Shown here: one piece after another, positions 46,041 to 52,789 of the stretch
How the letters are laid out: the number at the start of each line of letters is the position of its first letter
Numbering within the stretch: the stretch's first letter is position 1
DNA from: Desulfobacterales bacterium
Lineage (GTDB): Bacteria > Desulfobacterota > Desulfobacteria > Desulfobacterales > JAHEIW01
NCBI GenBank assembly: GCA_041559695.1
Contig: JBFFCW010000001.1
Location: 1-52,789 of the forward strand
Direction of reading: 5' to 3'
DNA length: 52,789 nt
Program-made: the position numbers and the translations under genes
Notes under the pieces: model-generated
The model's database searches: none
Seen by the model: the letters and a program-made list of their open reading frames with translations, nothing else
Told to the model about the DNA's origin: nothing

Positions 46041-46517
46041 ATGGGAATAATCTGCCATGGGTGGGATGCCAATGATTTCAAATTTATCGAGAATTGTTTG
46101 CCCCAAAAAGCATCTTGCTCAACAGCAGGGTGAGGTTCAAGCATCGTTCGAGGGGTCCTCGAAAAGTTGCTGAACGTTCTAAAAGCGATTGAAGCAAAAA
46201 AGGCAACGGCGGAGTTTGAAGTTTCTGAGAGCGCAACTGAAAAGCTCCAGGCGCTGTTAGCCCGACGGAAGAATGCTTCTTCTATCCGGATCCTATTGGT
46301 AGAAGCTGCATGACCCGGTCAGACGCTGGCAATGGTTCTGGATGAACCAAGAAATGGCGATACGGTAATCGATCACAATGGGATCACCTTTGTCATGGCA
46401 CAAGAATTTTTCGATCGTGTCAAACCGATGGCCGTGGATTTCAATACCGCCCCCAACAGTTCCGCGTTTTCCATTTCCTCGGTTGCCTATAATTTTTCCT
46501 TGCGGGTTCTATTGTAA
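46041..46517 (+). CDS. Candidate HesB/IscA-like selenoprotein with two in-frame UGA codons (46131-46133 and 46311-46313)
   Basis: ATG 46041 follows AGGAAGG. Reading through gives ..SCSTAG-U-GSS..FEVSESATEKLQALL..IRILLVEAA-U-PGQTLAMVLDEPRNGDTVIDHNGITFVM. The second U sits where IscA/HesB proteins have the first conserved Cys (..GCSG..). No ATG or GTG lies in frame between the two UGAs. Confidence 0.45.
46147..46163 (+). other. SECIS-like hairpin after the first UGA
   Basis: TTCGAGG-GGT-CCTCGAA (7-bp perfect stem, G-rich apical loop). It starts 14 nt after the UGA. Confidence 0.35.
46333..46349 (+). other. SECIS-like hairpin after the second UGA
   Basis: TGGTTC-TGGAT-GAACCA (6-bp stem, loop containing GG). 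It starts 20 nt after the UGA. Confidence 0.35.
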
Positions 46518-46624
46518 AGGAGAAAAAGAGCGCCTCAATCGGTGGAACGCTTTTGCAGTTCTCTCCGGCGCCAAGATACAAGGGCTTGGGTAATCGGTAA
46601 CAACTTTTTTCCGTTTGCCCTCAA

Positions 46625-48007
46625 TCAAGATATTTTTTGTTTAAACTTGTTGACACAGTTAATTTCCAAATTTAGCAATTTTGCGATGCGAAACTTGGCA
46701 TCAATTCCTTTTGCCACGCCAGGGCATTCATTCAGGGCCCCAAGATCCATATCTTCCCTGACTTCTCTCATGGCAACCGGATCTGCGATATCTTCCACCG
46801 AAACCCCGAGCCTGCCGGCCACATACTTCTTGGCGTCCTCAATCCGCATCGCCCGGTTCAGCTGCAAACGCGCCACCAGATCTCCGGCAGTGCGTAATCC
46901 GCCCATCCCCGAAACGATTGCATGTGCCGCATGCATCCCGTAAGGGTCGCCAACGCCCACCTACAATCCGTCCAATCTACAAATCTCAACATGCGCTTTG
47001 GAAGCTCTCGCCAGGGCGTCCACCGGCGGGGAAATCGCCATTGGAACGCCACCCACACCCATTCCCAGATTGGCATGTACCGGGATATCGGATGCCTCCG
47101 AACAGGCCTTTGTATAGGTGAGGGCCCGGGCCAGGTTGAAAGGCAGTGATTTGCTGGGGACGACATTGATGGCCGGTCCGAAGATCGTAGCCCCTGCTTT
47201 TTGTGCCAGTTTTATTTGGTCGTGGGGATAGAGCCCCGCCAATCGGACCCCATCGTATTCGACCTCACCATGCAACCCCATTATGAATTCCGAAGCCATT
47301 CCCATTTCAATGCCCATCTCGGGATATTTCTTTTTAAGGATCTCCACTGCTTGGAGCGCCGCGAGAAACTCCGCATCTCCCGCCGCAGCGGTGGTGTCAA
47401 AATTAATGCCATCTGCTCCGGTTTCATACATTTCACTGCCCACATAGACCATGTCTTTTACCGCATAATCTATCGCCTCTTCAAAAGAGGCCCTGCCTTC
47501 GGCGATCTTCCCCTGAGCGAACAGATCCAGTGGATTGGGGCAGGGACCGACGGGTTGGCTGTACAATCCCAAATTCGGCATCGCACCATAAAGAAGGGCC
47601 GGAATGGTAATTAATAACGCCTGTTCCATGATGGGTTTCTCGAATACCACGATGGGTTTTACCGGTTTATAGCTGTAGTCAATGTGAGCAAGCTCCAGGG
47701 TATCGGCGCCGAGTGCCCTTTCAAAAATCTGTAATGATTGGATTTTACTCAGCGAGACGTGTGCGCGCTTGATTTTAGTGGTACAGCTGTCGTAGGTAAG
47801 GCAAACCTCCTTTCCTTTTTCAACACCGACCACCCGATCCGTACATTTGTGGATTTCATACAAGTACTGAAGTTCATCTTTGGTAAGAACCGGGATCTTT
47901 GCTCTGTCTGCAGCATCGGTCGTCCCTTTTTCAAGATCTTCCCGGAGTTCGGCTCCGGTCATTTCGCACCTGATACCGTCACCCATTCTGGTTTGGATTT
48001 TTTCCAT
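46625..48007 (-). CDS. Divergent MtbB-family methyltransferase with in-frame UAG (Pyl) at 46961-46963, codon 349
   Basis: ORFs 46961-48028 and 46625-46960 abut in the same frame. LDGL-TAG-VGVGDPYGM retains the MtbB Pyl context. Other regions are conserved ([36 protein letters not shown]), but the [11 protein letters not shown] segment of canonical MtbB is missing. GGAGGAAG RBS before ATG 48007. Confidence 0.85.
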
Positions 48008-48024
48008 TGTCTTCCTCCATTTAC

Positions 48025-48792
48025 TCAATCGGTTTTAGAATTCAGATATGCCTTGACCGAATCCCAGGTCTTTAATAAGATTCTATGGGTGCCTTCACAG
48101 ACGTCCGTACGGAAACCAAACATCTCATTGAAAGCCTCGATATTTCGTCTCATTTCTGCAAGACACATAATCGGTGTTTGAATCAGCAGAGAGCGTTCAT
48201 AATGCTTGAATAGCCGTTTCGCCATTTCAGCGCTTAGGTTGCCGAACTCCTGCTCGAACATGCGCTTCCAATGGTATGTCCAGCCGGGTATCATAAAAAA
48301 GGTGCCCGCCACCCGGCACTGTTCTTCGTAATAGCGTTTGCGCCCACCGATAATCAGACCGATACAATCGTCAACCGGATGATCCTCATCCATGGGGATA
48401 AAAACAGGCACCCCGGCATCGGACAGCAGTCCCCCGGGATTTTCAAATGCGTTCCCGCACAAACCGTATCCAAGCATCAGAGCATCCACGCGAGGCCCAA
48501 ATGCCATTGCTGCCTCAATTAATCCCTGTTGAAGGGTGTGTTTGCGAATATGCAAGGCCAGCTCTAAAACACCGACCAAGACTTCCAGAGCAATTTGGGG
48601 ATCCGGGGTGAAATCATTCAGATGGGCGATCCGATTTAACTTGTCTTTATTGGTGGACTCAAAGGCAGCAATCAAGCGCGCGGATCGCTCATTCTCAAGA
48701 ACCGTAATGCGGCCGACTTCCTTATCCACCGCCAACAATTCGGCAAATTCCAGTTCCAGAATCTCACAGGTCAGCACGCCCAAAATTGCCAT
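48025..48792 (-). CDS. DUF1638-like protein (family assignment tentative)
   Basis: 255-aa ORF with an LGYGLCGN motif. It lies immediately upstream of the mtbB paralogue, with its stop 18 nt before that gene's start. Confidence 0.5.
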   Translation of the reverse strand: MAILGVLTCEILELEFAELLAVDKEVGRITVLENERSARLIAAFESTNKDKLNRIAHLNDFTPDPQIALEVLVGVLELALHIRKHTLQQGLIEAAMAFGPRVDALMLGYGLCGNAFENPGGLLSDAGVPVFIPMDEDHPVDDCIGLIIGGRKRYYEEQCRVAGTFFMIPGWTYHWKRMFEQEFGNLSAEMAKRLFKHYERSLLIQTPIMCLAEMRRNIEAFNEMFGFRTDVCEGTHRILLKTWDSVKAYLNSKTD

Positions 48793-48880
48793 TGATCTTC
48801 GTCTCCCTAAATCTAATTAACTTAATTTATAAAATCTCTGAAATTAGTTCAAGTCTGTCATGACCATCATTAAAACCTGG

Positions 48881-48901
48881 ATGCCCGCCTGACGCGGGCA
48901 T
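48881..48901. other. Perfect 8-bp GC-rich hairpin in a divergent intergenic region
   Basis: ATGCCCGC-ctgac-GCGGGCAT. Confidence 0.6.
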
Positions 48902-48964
48902 GACGGCAAAACTCCCAGACCGCTCGGTTAAGGAATATTCCTTTCATGATTTTGTGTCAAGCTT

Positions 48965-49000
48965 GGCAACAGAAGGTTGTTGTCTGTTACCGGCTTTTTT
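48965..49000 (+). terminator. Intrinsic-terminator-like hairpin plus T6, with no upstream plus-strand gene
   Basis: GGCAACAGA-aggttgttg-TCTGTTACC (9-bp stem, 1 mismatch), then GGCTTTTTT. Confidence 0.35.
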
Positions 49001-49009
49001 GCTACGAGA

Positions 49010-49118
49010 GTGTTTAGTATTTGGTGTTTAGTATTTGGTGTTTAGTGTTTAGAATTGTATCAAATTGATAAAAAGTCATATACGCTATACTAAACACAAA
49101 ATACGAAACACCAAACAC
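49010..49118. repeat. Tandem 14-bp GTGTTTAGTATTTG units with an imperfect inverted copy
   Basis: GTGTTTAG occurs at 49010, 49024, 49038 and 49045. The reverse complement of the right arm (49090-49118) is GTGTTTGGTGTTTCGTATTTTGTGTTTAG, matching the left arm at 26 of 29 positions. Confidence 0.7.
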
Positions 49119-49150
49119 TTGATGAATTCAGTTTTTTACGAATTCATCAA
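49119..49150. repeat. Perfect 11-bp palindrome just upstream of the DUF169 gene RBS; shares an 18-mer with 12465-12482
   Basis: TTGATGAATTC-agttttttac-GAATTCATCAA. Confidence 0.7.
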
Positions 49151-49174
49151 AATTTAAATGCTGAGGAAGACGAT

Positions 49175-49897
49175 ATGAACGATTTTCAAACCATTTCTCG
49201 AAACCTGGTTAAAAGCCTGTCCCTTCAATATGAGCCGGTTGGCGTCCTGCTTTACCAGGAAACAGACCCGCTGCCGGTCGAACTGCCCTTCACCCAAAGA
49301 GAATACAAAAGCTATTGCCATGCGCTGGTCGCCGCCGGTGAGGGTGAGGTCCTGCTTTTGAAAAAAGAGCAAATGGGCTGCAAACTGGGAACATCCGTTT
49401 TGGGTTTTGAAAAAGACATGGCGGCCTTCCTGGATGACGGAGTCTTAGAAAAGTATGGTGTGGGCCTCTTTGAAACTGAAGCGGCTTCGGCTGAAACGAT
49501 TCTCAAATCGTCGTACCTGGAAAAAGGCAAAACCCGGGCCGCGCTGATCGCCCCGCTGTCATATTTTAAACAAACGCCCCAGGTTATGATATTTACCGCC
49601 AACAGTGAGCAGGTCATGTGGTTGCTTTACGCCCTGAATTATGAAAAAGGCGGGCGCATGCAGCTTCCGCAATCCGGCGGCGCCTTGGGCGGCTGTGCCG
49701 ATATTACGGCCCTGCCCCTTCTGGAGGGGATTTCCAACATTACCTTTTTGGGTCTGGGGTGCCGGCTGAAATCAGCGGTGGATCCATGTGATCTGATGCT
49801 GGGCGCACCCGGGGATCGGCTGGAGATGATTCACAACCATATCCTGGATATGGTAAAGCCGATCGCCATGCTTAAACAGCAAAGCGCCGCTTCTTGA
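49175..49897 (+). CDS. DUF169-like protein (assignment tentative)
   Basis: 240-aa ORF with a GAGGAAG RBS. The LGLGCRLKS motif and overall length resemble DUF169. Confidence 0.5.
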   Translation: MNDFQTISRNLVKSLSLQYEPVGVLLYQETDPLPVELPFTQREYKSYCHALVAAGEGEVLLLKKEQMGCKLGTSVLGFEKDMAAFLDDGVLEKYGVGLFETEAASAETILKSSYLEKGKTRAALIAPLSYFKQTPQVMIFTANSEQVMWLLYALNYEKGGRMQLPQSGGALGGCADITALPLLEGISNITFLGLGCRLKSAVDPCDLMLGAPGDRLEMIHNHILDMVKPIAMLKQQSAAS

Positions 49898-49919
49898 AAA
49901 CAGGCCAGGACAATCAGCC

Positions 49920-50573
49920 GTGGACAACGTTTGGATCATCGGTGGCGGCAAATTTGGCCTCAGGGCCGCCAATACGCTCAGCAAAAAACATCCCTTAACG
50001 AACCTGACCGTTGTGGAGAAGGAAAAAGCCGTTTGCAGGCAGTTGGGCCGGCTGGGGTTTGAGGCGGTTTGCACGGACGGTATCCAATACCTTGAACGCA
50101 ACCTGGTGAGCGCGCCATACCCCGACTGGATTGTGCCCGCCATCCCTTTGCATGCGGCATATGAGTGGATCAGAACCAAACTATCAAAGACCCACAACGT
50201 ACAAAAAATCGCCGTACCGCAGGACCTCGTCACTGAGCTTCCCTATCCGACAAACGCAGAAACCGGCCGACTTTATATCAGCATCGCCGATTTTAAATGC
50301 CCCGAAAACTGCCCCGAGCCGGATGAAATCTGCACCCATACGGGTAAACCGCGGTTAATGGTCCTGCATGAATTTCTGAAATCAATTCAGCGAAAAGACC
50401 TAAAAACCGTTGTGATCCGAAGCCATCAACTGGCCCCCGGGGTGGGCGGATACACACCCGGGGCCCTGTTTGCTGCCTTAAATGAAATTGAGGCCGCCCA
50501 AGGGCCGATAGTACTCAGTACCGCCTGCAGCTGTCATGGCGTCATTGACGCATTTAAATTATCAGCAAGATAA
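49920..50573 (+). CDS. Rossmann-fold (NAD/FAD-binding-like) protein with a Cys motif; function unknown
   Basis: VWIIGGGKFGLRAA dinucleotide-binding motif and CPENCPEPDEIC. GTG start. Confidence 0.5.
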   Translation: MDNVWIIGGGKFGLRAANTLSKKHPLTNLTVVEKEKAVCRQLGRLGFEAVCTDGIQYLERNLVSAPYPDWIVPAIPLHAAYEWIRTKLSKTHNVQKIAVPQDLVTELPYPTNAETGRLYISIADFKCPENCPEPDEICTHTGKPRLMVLHEFLKSIQRKDLKTVVIRSHQLAPGVGGYTPGALFAALNEIEAAQGPIVLSTACSCHGVIDAFKLSAR

Positions 50574-50655
50574 CTCCTGGCTTCTGGCAGCCACATAGGG
50601 TTGACCTTTAGGAGGGTTCCATTGGGGTGGCGAATTTTACAGAGCTTATTTTTAT

Positions 50656-50726
50656 AATCTGTGTAATCTGTGTGATCTGCGGATATTTTTTATAGATCAT
50701 CTGTGTGGGTCTGTGTGGGCCCGTGG
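50656..50726. repeat. Short tandem ATCTGTGT-type repeats flanking an AT-rich core
   Basis: AATCTGTGT AATCTGTGT GATCTGCGG, then atattttttatagatc, then ATCTGTGTGGG TCTGTGTGGG. Confidence 0.6.
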
Positions 50727-50773
50727 CTATTAAAATTCCGAAATCCGCAATCACCTGGACCTGTCCTCTGTCA

Positions 50774-51217
50774 TCAATACATGCTGTCGATTAATTCGCA
50801 AAAGGCCTCATTGACAAACTTGCGCTTGACTTTCATGGTGGGGGTGACTTCGCCGTCTTCCTCGTAGAGTTTTTTGGGCAGGACACAAAACTTTTTAATC
50901 GTTTCAACTCTCGCCAAAGTTTTGTTCACCGCTCGAACTTCATCCCCAATCATCTTTCGAATATCATCATGCAGGGTCAGATCCTTGTAGGTTGAAAACT
51001 GAATTTTATGATCCTGAGCATATTTAACCACGTTGTCTTCATCAATCATAATCAAACAGGTTAAATATTTACGCCGGTCGCCGATAACCACCGCATCATT
51101 AATATAGACGCTGGCCTTGAATTTGTTTTCGATATACTGGGGCGTAATATTCTTGCCGCCGGCAGTGACGATGATATCTTTTTTGCGAGCCGATTCAGGT
51201 TTTAAAAAAATCAGCAA
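50774..51217 (-). pseudogene. 3' remnant of a long-chain acyl-CoA synthetase (AMP-binding family)
   Basis: Only the last ~140 residues are present (RKKDIIVTAGGKNITPQYIE..EVTPTMKVKRKF). Full-length enzymes are ~550-600 aa, and similarity stops within ~10 codons of 51217. Confidence 0.65.
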
Positions 51218-51253
51218 ATCGCGGGCCCGGGAGTTGCCGGCTCTGGCAGGAAT

Positions 51254-52186
51254 TCAGGTTGATTTTAATTTTCGATGGACAAAATCTAAAATAAGGCGGG
51301 CGCTTTCCTGCGGTTTTTCCATCGGCGGGAAGTGTCCGGTATCAGGAATGGTCTGCAGCTCATAATCAGCAATGATGCCCCCCAATCGCCGGGCCGCGTC
51401 AGCATAGAACGTATCGGATAATTCTCCGCGAATGGCCATTACGGGGCACTTGATCTTTTTCGCATATCGCCAGACTTTCAGCGGAATGGATTCAAAGATC
51501 TGGGCTTCGAGCTCCGGATCGCATTTTAAAACCGCTGTCTTTTCATCTTTTTCGAGAAGCCCGCATTCTAAATATGCCTGCACAAATTCTTTGGACCAGT
51601 TTTTAAAGATGCCTCGTCCGGCGGCAAAGAGCCTCAGAGCCTCTTGCTTGCTCTTAAAGATCCGCCGCCGCCGTCTGGCCATCTTCGCCAGAGGTAACGC
51701 CCCCCCTAACCCCAGAAATTTCAAAGCGGCAAGCAACCATAACAGCCGTCGGGGTAAAATAACCGGGTCGATCAAAACGATACCGCCAAAAAGATGCGGA
51801 TATTTAGCCGCAGCCATGTAAGTTGTCACGGCGCCCAGCGAATGGCCCAGGCCGATAACCGGCGGCGACATTTTTTGCTCGATCAGATTTCTTAAATCTT
51901 CTGCAAAAATGTCCCAATGGCGGACGCGTTCAACTCTGGGCTGATCGGAGCCCCCGTGACCGCGCACATCACTGGCCAGAATGTGGAGATCATCAACAAG
52001 ATATCGCATAAACGGCGTATAGGTTCCCGCACAAAAACCATTGCCATGCAAAAAATGCGCTGGTAAACCGTCACCGCCCCAATCCAGGTAGTGGATCCGC
52101 CCATCGGGCAATTCTAAAAATTGTTCGGTTGGCTCCGGACCCGGGTCTGTTTCAGTGGTTCCCGCTGTTTCCATGGTTGATTCCAT
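51254..52186 (-). CDS. Alpha/beta-fold hydrolase
   Basis: HGNGF oxyanion region and GHSLGA nucleophile elbow. 310 aa. Confidence 0.75.
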   Translation of the reverse strand: MESTMETAGTTETDPGPEPTEQFLELPDGRIHYLDWGGDGLPAHFLHGNGFCAGTYTPFMRYLVDDLHILASDVRGHGGSDQPRVERVRHWDIFAEDLRNLIEQKMSPPVIGLGHSLGAVTTYMAAAKYPHLFGGIVLIDPVILPRRLLWLLAALKFLGLGGALPLAKMARRRRRIFKSKQEALRLFAAGRGIFKNWSKEFVQAYLECGLLEKDEKTAVLKCDPELEAQIFESIPLKVWRYAKKIKCPVMAIRGELSDTFYADAARRLGGIIADYELQTIPDTGHFPPMEKPQESARLILDFVHRKLKST

Positions 52187-52239
52187 TGACGTTTGTTCCC
52201 TTTACCCCGATGGGTATATCTGATATTTAGCGATAAGAG

Positions 52240-52789
52240 ATGAATGCTGCAAACAAAAAAGACGGTTTTTTTCTAAAAGGGCGCTATACGCAATTTCTGC
52301 CGATCATCCTGCCGATAGCCCTGGCCATTGCCGTCTATATAAACGCCCTGCCAAATGGCTTTGTCTTTGATGATATGACAACAATCGTGCACAACGTGCA
52401 CATTAAGGATCTCGCTAAAAACTTTCCGGCATTTTTTAGTCTGGATTACTTTAAAATTGCCCAGGCCGAAGTCAGTTATCGCCCCATCGCGACGCTGTCA
52501 TACTTTCTGATATACGCCCTGTTTAACCTAAATCCGCTGGCATTCCATCTAACCAGTCTGCTGCTGCATATTTTAAATGTGATCGGGGTCTACGTGCTGG
52601 TGGACATTATCCGGCAAAATAAAAGATATTCTCTGGTCGCCGCCTTGGTATTTGCCTGTCACCCGGTGCTGACCGAGACCGTTAATTGTATTTCCTACAA
52701 CGAAGATCTTTTAGCGACCTTTTTTTATTTGCTGGCTCTGGTACTGTACATCAAAGCTGCCGCAAAAGAGAATCGCTCCGGTTTGCCAA
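52240..52789 (+). CDS. Polytopic membrane protein of the TPR-linked glycosyltransferase-39/TMTC-like type; N-terminal part only, continuing past the right edge
   Basis: My translation from ATG 52240 reads MNAANKKDGFFLKGRYTQFLPIILPIALAIAVYINALPNGFVFDDMTTIVHN..SYRPIATLSY. The FVFDD..I..N motif is typical of this family. Confidence 0.55.
   Translation, partial: MNAANKKDGFFLKGRYTQFLPIILPIALAIAVYINALPNGFVFDDMTTIVHNVHIKDLAKNFPAFFSLDYFKIAQAEVSYRPIATLSYFLIYALFNLNPLAFHLTSLLLHILNVIGVYVLVDIIRQNKRYSLVAALVFACHPVLTETVNCISYNEDLLATFFYLLALVLYIKAAAKENRSGLP

Noticed and set aside
46131-46133. An alternative reading is that the first TGA is simply the stop of a 30-codon leader ORF, and the HesB-like gene starts at TTG 46167.
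   Set aside because: This is not fully rejected. It is kept as the main alternative to the two-Sec model. It is disfavoured only because TTG 46167 lacks a good RBS and lies just downstream of the stable hairpin (46147-46163), whereas ATG 46041 has AGGAAGG at the proper spacing.
49010-49052. I considered a CRISPR array as the explanation for the GTGTTTAG repeats.
   Set aside because: The units are 7-14 bp and directly abutting, with no spacers. There are no cas genes, and an inverted copy follows.
51254-51256. The in-frame TGA between the hydrolase and the acyl-CoA synthetase remnant could be read as selenocysteine or as a fusion read-through.
   Set aside because: The flanking peptide has no similarity to either family, no hairpin follows the TGA, and the downstream part is an obviously truncated enzyme. 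Frame continuity has a 1-in-3 chance expectation.

Overview
This 52.8-kb window is essentially one corrinoid-dependent methylamine and methyl-group catabolic island. The host is probably an anaerobic bacterium: the stand-alone pylSn gene indicates a split, bacterial-type PylRS, and the gene content resembles sulfate-reducing Desulfobacterota. It encodes all three pyrrolysine-dependent methylamine methyltransferases. Each is interrupted by one in-frame TAG at the position where Pyl lies in the Methanosarcina enzymes: mtmB 17642-19027, mttB 13942-15435 and mtbB 8467-9867. A fourth, divergent TAG-containing mtbB paralogue lies at 46625-48007. Supporting genes include four B12-binding corrinoid proteins, three UroD-family (MtbA/MtaA-like) methyltransferases and one MtrH-like methyltransferase. 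There are three corrinoid reductive activases: one RamA type and two RACo type. One RACo-type gene carries a complete GltD-like NAD(P)H flavoenzyme module inserted inside its ATPase domain. Also present are pylB, pylSn, a CobW-like GTPase, CobO, two DUF2284 proteins, DUF1638-like and DUF169-like proteins and an AAA+/VWA fusion. Two paralogous LIV-type ABC importers are each followed by a paralogous receiver protein, and there are two PAS/GAF histidine kinases. A conserved ~50-bp box recurs five times upstream of the operons, which points to a single regulon. A HesB-like ORF (46041-46517) has two in-frame TGA codons, each followed by a hairpin, and is a selenoprotein candidate. I recognised no rRNA, tRNA (including pylT), CRISPR array, transposase or integrase. 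pylSc, pylC and pylD were not found in the window.
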